Positions 39,378 through 48,164 of a stretch of DNA of 64,000 nt are shown here, piece after piece. A program made the translations under genes and the position numbers. Source of the DNA: Alphaproteobacteria bacterium. Lineage in GTDB: Bacteria; Pseudomonadota; Alphaproteobacteria; Rs-D84. Position 1 is the stretch's first letter; every line of letters starts with the position of its first letter. The DNA is taken from the NCBI GenBank assembly GCA_017472065.1, contig JAFURB010000010.1:270-64269 (forward strand). Direction: 5' to 3'. The notes below the pieces were generated by a model. The model saw nothing but the letters and a program-made list of their open reading frames with translations, was not told the DNA's origin and searched no databases.

Positions 39378-40385
39378 ATGGCCCAAGAAGAAATCATTTT
39401 TCCAAATAACATCAGAAATATTCGTCTGAATAACGGGATGAAAATGACGGAACTGGCACGCCAGGCGGGTTTGTCTTTGTCGGCGGTGTCTAAAATCGAA
39501 AAGGGTGTTCGCCGTCTGAACCAGAAACAATTATTAAACATCTGTAACATCTTGGGGTGCAAATTATCCGATATTTTCATCAAAGAATCTGACGAGGTTG
39601 CAGAACAATGGCAATCCGAAATCAAACGCCGATTGAACGATAACGAAGACGGCGGTCTAAAGATTTTCGGCAGTGGTCTGCGCCGCATCCGCCAACAGGC
39701 CGGAAAAACAATCGCACGCGCGGCAAAAGATGCCGGTATGACATTGTCTGTGTATCATAAAATCGAAGTTGGCCAGCGCGAAATCTATGAAAATGAAATC
39801 GAACCATTGGCGCAATCGTTCGCAATGACCATTGAACAGATGTTTGATAAAATCGCAACAATGTACAAGACGGGCGAATTAAACAAACAAATTAACAAGG
39901 TCAAAGAACGTGTTAAATCTGTTCTGGAACCGGGCAACCCATTGTCCAGTATCGATATGGGCGGTGGTTTGTATGGCGCAAAACTGTATGACAGTGCGCG
40001 CAAAAAACTGGCACCGGTATTTGGTATGCCATCAGGCAAATCAATCGCGTTCAAAAAATCTGACAAAACGATGATTGTTGCACCAATGTCACTAGAAGGA
40101 CGCAGTGGTATTTACGCAGTAATGCCAAATTCAAAGCGTCTGGGCGGTTTTATCCCAGAAAAATCATATGTGTTTGCCGATGTTGATGCCACGGTTGCCC
40201 CAGGCGATTTGGCTGTATGCATTGATGCAGATTTTAATGCACTGGATTCTGAAACAACCGTCAGCGCCCAAATCGTCAGTGTTCGCCAAGATTCCAAGGG
40301 TAAAATATACGGCCAGGTTGCAAGCCCAGAAGAAAAAATCAACGCACAAACAATGCACAAAGTTGTTATGATTGTGATGGACTAA
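39378..40385 (+). CDS. Dual-HTH (two XRE-type domains) regulator with S24/LexA-like C-terminal fold
   Basis: Two HTH_XRE cores (MTELARQAGLSLSAVSKIEKG; IARAAKDAGMTLSVYHKIEVG) plus a ~130-aa C-terminal beta-rich domain (..VAPGDLAVCID..) reminiscent of S24 peptidases. Catalytic Ser/Lys not evident. ATG 39378 after AAGGAG. Confidence 0.6.
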   Translation: MAQEEIIFPNNIRNIRLNNGMKMTELARQAGLSLSAVSKIEKGVRRLNQKQLLNICNILGCKLSDIFIKESDEVAEQWQSEIKRRLNDNEDGGLKIFGSGLRRIRQQAGKTIARAAKDAGMTLSVYHKIEVGQREIYENEIEPLAQSFAMTIEQMFDKIATMYKTGELNKQINKVKERVKSVLEPGNPLSSIDMGGGLYGAKLYDSARKKLAPVFGMPSGKSIAFKKSDKTMIVAPMSLEGRSGIYAVMPNSKRLGGFIPEKSYVFADVDATVAPGDLAVCIDADFNALDSETTVSAQIVSVRQDSKGKIYGQVASPEEKINAQTMHKVVMIVMD

Positions 40386-40436
40386 GAATAAAACGTCCAC
40401 CACAATCATTTTCCACCCAGGAGAGAGAGCAAAACC

Positions 40437-41093
40437 ATGAAAGCACGAATAACCGCCACGGCACAAAAACTGTTGAACCTGTATCGCCAAGAACACGTTA
40501 TCATCGGTGGATGGGCGGCGATTAATCCTATATTTGTTGCCGAAGCAACCGAAGATGTAATCAAAGAATTACGCGAAATGCCAACTGGTAAAATGCTGGT
40601 CCAGCATATCGAAAACCTGAAAAGCGGTAAAACACCAATGAATTCAATTGAACCAGAACTGGTCCCGTATGGTGGGATGATGGGACAATCTGGATTGACT
40701 GATATCAGGTTGGTGGCCAAGGATTTATCTGAACTGCAATCCGCGATAAATGCATTTACACCCGACCAAAGCGGTCTGAACATGATTTCAGAATTGCCAT
40801 TGGTGCGCCGATTTGGCGAAGAGTGGCAAAATGCAATCCGTGATGCATTGGGACAGTATCCAGATATCCAGGCCAAGTGGGATGTTGTTATTAAAACATA
40901 TCGCGCATATCAATTATGGGACAGTGCCAGCCAGATTGTTAACGAACCAATTGATGAACGCACACGCGCCGAAATCCAGGCCGATATGCCAGAATATGAA
41001 ACATACCTGCCGATGTTTGGGGATGCGGGAAATGAATTGCTGACCAGATTGCGTACATTTATTAGTTCTGTTAAATCAGACGAAAACGCATAA
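40437..41093 (+). CDS. Hypothetical protein (218 aa)
   Basis: ORF with a GAGAGAG purine tract upstream. No family recognised. Its stop faces the stop of the terminase N-fragment across the palindrome CGCATAAAATTATGCG. Confidence 0.45.
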   Translation: MKARITATAQKLLNLYRQEHVIIGGWAAINPIFVAEATEDVIKELREMPTGKMLVQHIENLKSGKTPMNSIEPELVPYGGMMGQSGLTDIRLVAKDLSELQSAINAFTPDQSGLNMISELPLVRRFGEEWQNAIRDALGQYPDIQAKWDVVIKTYRAYQLWDSASQIVNEPIDERTRAEIQADMPEYETYLPMFGDAGNELLTRLRTFISSVKSDENA

Positions 41094-41095
41094 AA

Positions 41096-41731
41096 TTATG
41101 CGGTGCGATATATCGTATCCATCGTATGTGGTGTCCCAATATAAATCATTGCCCCATTTGGCGACAGAATAAAATCCAGTTCACGCAATCGTTCACGCAA
41201 ATTTTCCCGTTTTTGTGCGGTGTTTGATGTATTTGGAACCTCGACATCGTCACAGATTATTAAATCTGCACGCATACCAGTTATGTTGCCATGGATACCC
41301 TGGCAAATCACAGATGGTTCACGAATTCCAATTGGACGATTTATGGTTATTCGGTCGGATGCCCAATCGCGACGCGATGACGGAATCAGGTCCGCACACA
41401 ATGGATGATTTTCCAGAATATGACGAATATGCATAACCATACGCGATGCCAGTGTCGTATGCGCCGACAGAATCAATATTCGGGTCTGGGGGCATAACAG
41501 CAATGTACACGCAGCAAAAATTCCAACAACTGTTGATTTGCCAGAATGTCGAAATGCCATCAACAGTCCACGATGTGTATCATCACACAGAACCCCGACC
41601 AGAAATTCCATAATCTGGCGGTGATGGGTGGGCGTTTCATACCCCAGGACACGATTCCATGTATCCAGAAAGTTATAATAGGCCGTAATCATCACTGATG
41701 TTACCAGGGGTGGTGGATGTGATAAATCCAT
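41096..41731 (-). pseudogene. Terminase large subunit, N-terminal (ATPase) fragment, T7 gp19-like
   Basis: Walker A FRHSGKST, Walker B DLIICDDVE, ends ..IYIGTPHTMDTIYRTA* where T7 gp19 reads [20 protein letters not shown]. The continuation lies 3.3 kb away at 36880..37746. Confidence 0.8.
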
Positions 41732-42230
41732 AGTCGTTGATCAGATTTGGCCGCACATTATCCAACACCATTATCAAATTTCGATACAGCCCCAGCACAC
41801 CACCACCGGTCATTTTATCTTGGATAAGACTGTTTGTGTATTCCAAGAAATCAATCACATTTGTATGTGTGTTGCGCCACTGTTCAATATCTACATTTGG
41901 CGCATGCAGGTCTTTTAGGGCCTCAAGCAAGAAATTAAAGTCCGAATTCAGGTGTTCTGGGTCTATTTTTGCGGTCGGTTGGTAATCAACAACACGGTTT
42001 AGTGCAACCTGGCGATAGATATCAATACGACTGGCAGATGCGGGCGCATTGGCAAACACAACACGGCCACCGTCAAATGTGGTGTTTTCAATTACAGAAT
42101 ATTCATCTGTACCCAACACATGTTCATCGATTGCAACACGGATATCAGCCGCCTGGAAAAACGGAAAAGAAAATTCATATTCCGTTGTTGTGCCGTCTGA
42201 AATATAAGATACTTTATACATATTATTCAC
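41673..42230 (-). CDS. Tail-fibre N-terminal (tail-docking) domain only, T7 gp17-like
   Basis: YKVSYISDGTTTEYEFSFPFF...IRVAID...RIDIYRQVALNRVVDYQPTAKIDPEHLNSDFNFLLEALKDL follows the T7 gp17 N-domain pattern. It is 185 aa, so there is no distal receptor-binding part. Confidence 0.6.
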   Translation of the reverse strand: MNNMYKVSYISDGTTTEYEFSFPFFQAADIRVAIDEHVLGTDEYSVIENTTFDGGRVVFANAPASASRIDIYRQVALNRVVDYQPTAKIDPEHLNSDFNFLLEALKDLHAPNVDIEQWRNTHTNVIDFLEYTNSLIQDKMTGGGVLGLYRNLIMVLDNVRPNLINDYGFITSTTPGNISDDYGLL

Positions 42231-42242
42231 CCTGCCCTATAT

Positions 42243-42590
42243 TTATCCAACCAATTCGTCAAAACGACTTAACAATGTTTTTAACAGATTTGGTTTGTTA
42301 GCCTTAATCGATTTTAATTTCTTTTGATTTGCGGCGCGTTTTTCATCGTATGGTTTGGCGGTTTCTGATTTTATACGGGCCAATACCGCGCCCTGGGTCA
42401 AACCGCGCGATGACACACCCGATGCGCCGTATTTAGCGCGTTGGGCCGCCAATGTCTTTTTTATCAGGTTTGTCTTGGCTGACTCGTCCGCGGCCATTTG
42501 TGCCAAGATTTCTTGGCGGGCATTTTTTGCATTTCGTTTGTTTTCTTTATAGTCTAAGATTTCACTAACATCTGATACCAATTGTCCCAT
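42243..42590 (-). CDS. Small basic phage protein (115 aa)
   Basis: Lys/Arg/Ala-rich helical ORF between tubular B and the fibre stub. No family recognised. Confidence 0.4.
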   Translation of the reverse strand: MGQLVSDVSEILDYKENKRNAKNARQEILAQMAADESAKTNLIKKTLAAQRAKYGASGVSSRGLTQGAVLARIKSETAKPYDEKRAANQKKLKSIKANKPNLLKTLLSRFDELVG

Positions 42591-42630
42591 TATATTTCCC
42601 CTTTGTTGAATTCAATTAATTTGTTGTTCA

Positions 42631-44352
42631 TTAAATGTTATACCAACCAGATACACAGACCGATAAAATCGTGGCTGGGTACGGCTGGTTGCCATGAATT
42701 GTCCAATATGGCGCAACACAGTTATGCGATGTCCCCAAAACATTGACATGTACATCGCCTGAAAATCCGGGCGCATCATCTGAATATATTTCATTTGCCA
42801 TATTGATACGCATCCCATTGATGTATATGGATTTTGTATCCAATATGCGGGCGGACACCTTTCTTATTCGCAGGCGCGATGCATTGTGTGCCGATGCACG
42901 CATTGGCAGTGATGATGCACGGAACGCGAAATCATATTTATCTGTGTCACGCATCGCGTCGGCCGAAAATTTTTCCAGATTATATGTGTCGCCACGATTG
43001 GTGACAACATATGTAATGCCATTAACAACAACCACAGATTTGAACGCACCATATGTTTTGTATGCACCCCAGGCACTTATCCCCAATGCTGAATTTTGAT
43101 TCAAGACGGCCATATTTCCGTCTGCCATAACGATGTACAATCGATGCAAAGAATCATTATATGCAATGTCAATTGGCAATGTCATCAAATGTTTGGAAAA
43201 AGAGCATAAATCCAGTGCGCTGTAGTTTTCACCCAATTCATCCAGTGTTAATTCGCGTATGTCGCGCAGATTCTTGGATATGAATACGGTGCTGTCTTCT
43301 ATCTTTTGTGGGGCAAGATATCGTGATGCACAACTGCCCACGGATGTGTGTTGTTTTATATCAACCACAGATGGTGTCAGGGGCTTGCTGGATATCGCCC
43401 ATTCGCCAACAGATGTTAAAATTTGCAGATTATCACTGCTGACGACGGTGCAAATTTGCTGGCGCTGTTGTGAAAGCAGGGTTATAAAAATTGCTTCGTC
43501 ATCAAGTCCGGTTCCAACATCAAAGTTTTTGTGATTGCCGACCTTGGACATCCAAACACCGCCCGGATATGAACGCGAACCACCAAATACCAATCTGTCT
43601 TGGTGAAAAGTAATACTGATTGGCCAGCCACGGGCCGGACTGAACGCAGATTCAAACCAATCGGCGATTGGGGCGCTGGGTAATGTACAGGCATCGTTGA
43701 TGTATGCGATGACCTCGGTCGGGCTGATGTATTCTTCGATAAGCCATTGATGATTTAACAATACAAATCGTGTTCCAACATATTGCGTGGTCCAGAAATC
43801 TGAACTGGTTGTGAATTTGGCATAATTATTGCCACGATCGCTGGATGACACAGAAATCTTGATATCATTTGTATCTTCGTATCGCATGAACGGCATATTA
43901 ACCGACATGTCTGTGTCATTTCGGGCAAACATAAAGTTCGACAAACTAAAACCATCTGATGTTTTTTCAAGCACCTGGGGGCAATGGTCTGGATGAACAA
44001 ATATCATTGTGCCAAAACGCTGGGCGTATTGCAGTTTTGATAAATCATCCGCCGACCATGGCGATACCAGGTCTGAAACAAACACGTTGTCTGCATAAAT
44101 CAATATATGACCCGATGTCATTACAAGGATATAGTTTTCTTGTTCAGACACCGAAAAACCAACCAATCGCGCATCACCAGTTAATGAGGCAATATGTGCC
44201 AGACCACATCGGCGCGACAATCCACCACCTGGCAAAACATCCATGTTTTCCAAGCACGACAATCCATTTATATCATCGCGCGCATAGAATTCTGGTGATA
44301 CTTCGCCCGATGCAAATGAGTTCTGTGTTTTTATAAAATTTGCCATTATCAT
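42631..44352 (-). CDS. Tail tubular protein B (T7 gp12-like)
   Basis: N-terminus ..FASGEVSPEFYARDDINGLSCLENMDVLPGGGLSRRCGL matches the F.aGE.SP...gR.D...Y......N......G....RpG opening of gp12-type nozzle proteins. Position after gp11-like gene. Confidence 0.72.
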   Translation of the reverse strand: MIMANFIKTQNSFASGEVSPEFYARDDINGLSCLENMDVLPGGGLSRRCGLAHIASLTGDARLVGFSVSEQENYILVMTSGHILIYADNVFVSDLVSPWSADDLSKLQYAQRFGTMIFVHPDHCPQVLEKTSDGFSLSNFMFARNDTDMSVNMPFMRYEDTNDIKISVSSSDRGNNYAKFTTSSDFWTTQYVGTRFVLLNHQWLIEEYISPTEVIAYINDACTLPSAPIADWFESAFSPARGWPISITFHQDRLVFGGSRSYPGGVWMSKVGNHKNFDVGTGLDDEAIFITLLSQQRQQICTVVSSDNLQILTSVGEWAISSKPLTPSVVDIKQHTSVGSCASRYLAPQKIEDSTVFISKNLRDIRELTLDELGENYSALDLCSFSKHLMTLPIDIAYNDSLHRLYIVMADGNMAVLNQNSALGISAWGAYKTYGAFKSVVVVNGITYVVTNRGDTYNLEKFSADAMRDTDKYDFAFRASSLPMRASAHNASRLRIRKVSARILDTKSIYINGMRINMANEIYSDDAPGFSGDVHVNVLGTSHNCVAPYWTIHGNQPYPATILSVCVSGWYNI

Positions 44353-44358
44353 CCCCTA

Positions 44359-44877
44359 TTAAAACCGAGAACTAATTAGTGAAAAGTTTTCTATGTGATT
44401 ACCGCCACCGATGGAACTGTCAATGAATTTGGCATTTTGCAGTTCTGTTTCGTACAGTGCGGCCAACATTCTGAATACTGTTTGATCGCCTGATAACGGG
44501 ACACAAAATTCCAATGCCAGTTTGGTCGCAACCAATGATGAAAAATAACTGGGGTATTGTTCGGTGCCAACACGCACACATGCCGTGATTGTTATTGAAT
44601 CAGATGCGGCAATAATATTGTTGCCAATAATTTGACCACCTGATTTCAAAACACGCAAAACATCACTGGGGATTGTGAAATTCCCATCGGCATTTACATT
44701 TAAGGTTATTTGACGCGTGGCAAAACGCCATGGATGTGATGCAATCAGGGCATCTGTTATCGGGTCAAATAATGTACGCGCCAATTGTGATGATACACAA
44801 TCATCACTTAAAGACTGAATTGGTTCTTCGCCCAGTTTAAGCAATGCCATTGAACATAAATCTATTTTTGTAAGCAT
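44359..44877 (-). CDS. Tail tubular protein A / adaptor (T7 gp11-like)
   Basis: MLTKIDLCSMALLKLGEEPIQSLSDD...LFDPITDALIASHPWRFA, a typical gp11-type N-terminus. 172 aa. Confidence 0.72.
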   Translation of the reverse strand: MLTKIDLCSMALLKLGEEPIQSLSDDCVSSQLARTLFDPITDALIASHPWRFATRQITLNVNADGNFTIPSDVLRVLKSGGQIIGNNIIAASDSITITACVRVGTEQYPSYFSSLVATKLALEFCVPLSGDQTVFRMLAALYETELQNAKFIDSSIGGGNHIENFSLISSRF

Positions 44878-44897
44878 ACTGTCCCCATTTTTGTTTG

Positions 44898-44932
44898 ATA
44901 AAAATTATCGGTGGCGCATTATCACGCCACCG
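44898..44932 (-). terminator. Intrinsic terminator after the capsid/small-gene unit
   Basis: Minus strand CGGTGGCG-N8-CGCCACCG followed by ATAATTTTTAT, positionally like T7 T-phi after gene 10. Confidence 0.55.
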
Positions 44933-44961
44933 TTATGTATATGTAACAAGAATCAATAAAA

Positions 44962-45195
44962 CTATGCCAATGCAGCCGTGGTAACGTTGCTGGTCGTGAT
45001 ATTGATTTTCTTTATCGCAGTGTTATCTGATGCGTTGATGATTACAACATCACCAATATTCATTAATGTTTTTACATCGTTAAAATATCCAGTGGCTGTA
45101 ATTGTTGCCAATGTTTCTGCGCCAGATGCATAGTGCCACAATGTAAATCCATTTGCATATGCAATCACAGATAAATTTTTATTTTGAAATGCCAT
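44962..45195 (-). CDS. Small phage protein (77 aa)
   Basis: Start trimmed to ATG 45195 (MAFQNKNLSV...) after AAAGGA. No family recognised. Confidence 0.4.
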   Translation of the reverse strand: MAFQNKNLSVIAYANGFTLWHYASGAETLATITATGYFNDVKTLMNIGDVVIINASDNTAIKKINITTSNVTTAALA

Positions 45196-45226
45196 AATAC
45201 TTATCCTTTGGTTGAAATTGTGACAC

Positions 45227-46054
45227 TTATGCAGTTGTCGCATCCGCACATTTGACGCGTACAATACCATCGTTATCAATCAAGACGGCACCCTGGGACA
45301 TACTGTTGCTGATAAAGTGCGCGGCACGTTCACCATGCCATGAAATGTCTGTCTTGACTTCTTGGCCACAGGCGTGTCCAACGCTGGACGCGTGATAGAT
45401 AAAGCAGTCACGATTTGTATCCGTAGATGGTAAACCGTTGTGCAGAACCCATGTGATGCCCAGCCATTTCTTGGCTTCGAAACCACTGACCAATGGGGTG
45501 GAATCACCAACATATTCAGACGACACGAATTCGTCCATCGACAATAATTCGTTCCACTGGTGTACACCAATTACGGCAAAACGACGACCATCATCTGGAA
45601 CATCGTTTGTGTTCAAAACTTCGACCGCAGACAAAATCAAATCTTTGGTCAGGCCGGTGGAATAATCACCAACAGACAGTGTTGATGCGTTCATTGCATC
45701 GATGATTAATTCATCTGTCTTGCGCCCCAGTGCATATGCACCCGCAGACGCAACAACACGGCGTTCATCAATGTTTACCTTTAATTCATCCAATGCATCA
45801 ACCCAATCACCTGCATAATAATCTGTTAACATACATTCAACAGGTTCATGATTCAGATTCATTACTGGAACAATACCGTGGCGTGATTTTGTGCTGGCGG
45901 TGCCACGACCAACCTTTTGAAATGTCGTGGATGCACCAACGACACCTGATTTACTGCGAACGGTTGAACGCAGTTTTGTACCCATCTGTTGATAGGCCAA
46001 ATGAACATCGGCTTCGAATTGTTTTACGAAAACCTGATCAATTGAAACGGACAT
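45227..46054 (-). CDS. Major capsid protein (T7 gp10-like, HK97 fold inferred)
   Basis: VKQFEADVHLAYQQMGTKLRSTVRSKSGVVGASTTFQKVGRGTA parallels T7 gp10 KVFGGEVLTAFARTSVTTSRHMVRSISSGKSAQFPVLGRTQA. Position after the scaffold gene. Confidence 0.72.
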   Translation of the reverse strand: MSVSIDQVFVKQFEADVHLAYQQMGTKLRSTVRSKSGVVGASTTFQKVGRGTASTKSRHGIVPVMNLNHEPVECMLTDYYAGDWVDALDELKVNIDERRVVASAGAYALGRKTDELIIDAMNASTLSVGDYSTGLTKDLILSAVEVLNTNDVPDDGRRFAVIGVHQWNELLSMDEFVSSEYVGDSTPLVSGFEAKKWLGITWVLHNGLPSTDTNRDCFIYHASSVGHACGQEVKTDISWHGERAAHFISNSMSQGAVLIDNDGIVRVKCADATTA

Positions 46055-46123
46055 ATTTTTTCCTTTTTATGTTTGGTTAAATAAAAAATACACTTTTGTG
46101 TAAATATTTTTGTATGCCGGTTA

Positions 46124-46139
46124 TGCAAAAATTGCGCCA
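46124..46139 (-). promoter_or_regulatory. Candidate sigma54 (-24/-12) promoter upstream of the capsid gene
   Basis: The minus strand reads TGGCGCAATTTTTGCA, matching TGGCAC-N5-TTGCA spacing exactly, ~70 nt upstream of ATG 46054. Confidence 0.3.
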
Positions 46140-46180
46140 AGAATACAAAATAGATGCGGGGTCGTGGCGACTTGTCCGCA

Positions 46181-46253
46181 TAAAAAAATCAGTCAGACCT
46201 GGGATACATCTGACTGATATTTTCAAAAACAAAACCCGGACAATTGTCCGGGT
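46181..46253 (-). terminator. Two tandem intrinsic terminators after the Lys/Ala-rich gene
   Basis: Minus strand: ACCCGGAC-AATT-GTCCGGGT+TTTGTTTTT, then ATCAGTCAGA-N11-TCTGACTGAT+TTTTTTT. Confidence 0.65.
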
Positions 46254-46275
46254 AAATTAATAATATGAACTTATA

Positions 46276-46755
46276 TTATTTCTTTTTCACGCATTTTTTC
46301 GCGCATGCTTTTTTTGCAACTGGTTTGGCAGCAACTTTTTTCGCAGGCGCTTTTTTCGCAACTGGTTTTTTAACTGCTACTTTTTTTGCAACTACTTTTT
46401 TTGCAACAGGTTTTGCAGCAACTTTTTTTGCAGGTGCTTTCTTTGCAACAGGTTTTTTAACTGCTACTTTCTTTGCAACTGGTTTGGCAGCAACTTTTTT
46501 CGCAGGTGCTTTCTTTGCAACTGGTTTTGCCGCTGGTTTCTTTGCAACTACTTTTTTTGCAGCAGGTTTTGCAGCAACTTTTTTCGCAGGTGCTTTTTTC
46601 GCAACTGGTTTTGCGGCTGGTTTCTTTGCAACTACTTTTTTCGCAGCAGGTTTTGCAGCAACTTTTTTCGCAGGTGCTTTTTTTGCAACTGGCTTTGCCG
46701 CTGGTTTTGCAGCTGCTTTCTTTGCAGCAGATTTTTTGAACAGGCTGAATGCCAT
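46276..46755 (-). CDS. Lys/Ala/Pro-rich histone H1-like (AKP-repeat) basic protein
   Basis: 159 aa, five tandem units each beginning [15 protein letters not shown], strong RBS GAAGGAGAG, own terminators. Other frames and the opposite strand across the repeat are artefacts. Confidence 0.7.
   Translation of the reverse strand: MAFSLFKKSAAKKAAAKPAAKPVAKKAPAKKVAAKPAAKKVVAKKPAAKPVAKKAPAKKVAAKPAAKKVVAKKPAAKPVAKKAPAKKVAAKPVAKKVAVKKPVAKKAPAKKVAAKPVAKKVVAKKVAVKKPVAKKAPAKKVAAKPVAKKACAKKCVKKK
46300..46740. repeat. Coding tandem repeat (units of ~72-87 nt)
   Basis: Repeated ..GCAGCAACTTTTTTCGCAGGTGCTTT(T/C)TT(C/T)GCAACTGGTTTTGC.. blocks. Two units are near-identical at an 84-nt period. Confidence 0.8.
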
Positions 46756-46860
46756 CTTTCTCTCCTTCGCTATTTTTTGGATAGAACAAATCCGTTTTGT
46801 TCTTACTTTATATTTTATCTGAATATCAAAAAATAGTAAAGTAGAAAGTGAATTTTTTTC

Positions 46861-47517
46861 TTATGAATATAATTTTTTGAAACCGTTTTCTATTTTTCTG
46901 ATGTATTCTGCATCACCATCACGCCAGTATTTTGGATCGCGCATCATGCGACGCAAATCAGAATCTGATAAATTTTTTGTTTCACTTTTATCGGTTTCAA
47001 CATTTGGTTCCATCGATTGCATCATTCGATAAATGCCTTGGATTCCCTGGGGCGTAGAACACAGTTCGTCAAATGCATCGCTGGGTAAAAACTTTTTTCC
47101 AAATGCATCAATTGCGCGCAATGCGTCGTTCATTTTTTCTGTGCCACCAAAAAAATTCTTTAGTTCATTGATTGCATTTTGTTCATTTTGTGTTGAATAC
47201 AAATCAGATATAACAGGTGCTAAAAATTCATTTGCGATGTCATATATTTTTTCAACCTGGGATGATGTCAATCCAATATCATGAAATTTTCTGCGTAAAT
47301 TTTCATCATCAAACAATTCATTTGTTGGATATTGTTCGGATGTTTCCGGCACACCAATCGCACGATTAAAACGCGCACGCGTTTTTTCATCGCACCCATC
47401 ACTTGGTACCGTTATCATTGTACCAATTTTTCGTTCTAATTCAGAATATGATTTCATTAATGCATCTGTGTTTAATGTACCATCTTCGTTCAAAAATTTT
47501 TCTGGGATTTTGTCCAT
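46861..47517 (-). CDS. Capsid assembly scaffolding protein (podovirus type)
   Basis: MDKIPEKFLNEDGTLNTDALMKSYSELERKIG opening, typical of podoviral scaffold proteins. Acidic and helical. Position upstream of the capsid gene. Confidence 0.55.
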   Translation of the reverse strand: MDKIPEKFLNEDGTLNTDALMKSYSELERKIGTMITVPSDGCDEKTRARFNRAIGVPETSEQYPTNELFDDENLRRKFHDIGLTSSQVEKIYDIANEFLAPVISDLYSTQNEQNAINELKNFFGGTEKMNDALRAIDAFGKKFLPSDAFDELCSTPQGIQGIYRMMQSMEPNVETDKSETKNLSDSDLRRMMRDPKYWRDGDAEYIRKIENGFKKLYS

Positions 47518-47522
47518 CTTTA

Positions 47523-47711
47523 TTATCCTTTGTTTTCGTTTGACTTACGCAGAAAGTAAATTCCACCAAGTGTAAAAATACTTTGTAACATTACAAATAT
47601 GTCGCTGTCCCCGACCAGATACGCACCAATCGCAGACAATATGCCAACCGCCGAAACTATATAAGTTCGACGACCGGCTAAAAATCCACCACTAATAAAT
47701 TTATTCATCAT
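47523..47711 (-). CDS. Holin-like small membrane protein (62 aa)
   Basis: Two hydrophobic segments and a charged C-terminus (RKSNENKG), directly downstream of the hydrolase gene. Confidence 0.45.
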   Translation of the reverse strand: MMNKFISGGFLAGRRTYIVSAVGILSAIGAYLVGDSDIFVMLQSIFTLGGIYFLRKSNENKG

Positions 47712-47719
47712 ATTTCCAT

Positions 47720-48130
47720 TTATAAATAAAACAGCAATTCATCAACATCCAGAATATATCCACGCGCACGCGCCCATTCAGGCATTATGCAACCATGATG
47801 AAAACACGTTGCACCACGACACATGTCTGGCAAACCACCACATAACATTCGTCCGACCACGCGCAGACACATTTGAAATGCACGACTGGTGGGGGCGACC
47901 GATAACAATTCATGACGATTTGATGATGGTTTCAGTGATTCAAACATATCGGTATCAGATATTATTTGTGCGATACTTTTTCCGGTGGCACGCGATGCAT
48001 TATTAATCATGGATACCAGTGCCTCGACCGCGGTCAGTGATGATGCAGATGTTTCTGCATAAACAACACGCGCAATTGTGTACATCAACTTTCTGGATTC
48101 ATCTGGATTTTTTATCAGTCGTAAATTCAT
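47720..48130 (-). CDS. SleB-type cell wall hydrolase (Hydrolase_2 family)
   Basis: IARVVYAETSASSLTAVEALVSMINNA......IAQIISDTDMFESL follows the SleB/CwlJ domain pattern common in alphaproteobacterial phages and GTAs. Confidence 0.7.
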   Translation of the reverse strand: MNLRLIKNPDESRKLMYTIARVVYAETSASSLTAVEALVSMINNASRATGKSIAQIISDTDMFESLKPSSNRHELLSVAPTSRAFQMCLRVVGRMLCGGLPDMCRGATCFHHGCIMPEWARARGYILDVDELLFYL

Positions 48131-48164
48131 TTCTGAAAATCCCCCCGTTTGATTTTATGACAAT

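Noticed and set aside
46300-46740. Possible CRISPR array
   Set aside because: The repeats are contiguous coding units of 72-87 nt without unique spacers. No cas genes are present in the window.
46265-46822. Plus-strand 185-aa ORF and alternative minus-strand frames (46457..46789, 46473..46739) over the repeat
   Set aside because: These are frame and strand artefacts of the Lys/Ala-rich tandem repeat. Only the 46276..46755 minus frame has a strong RBS and a sensible start and stop with terminators.
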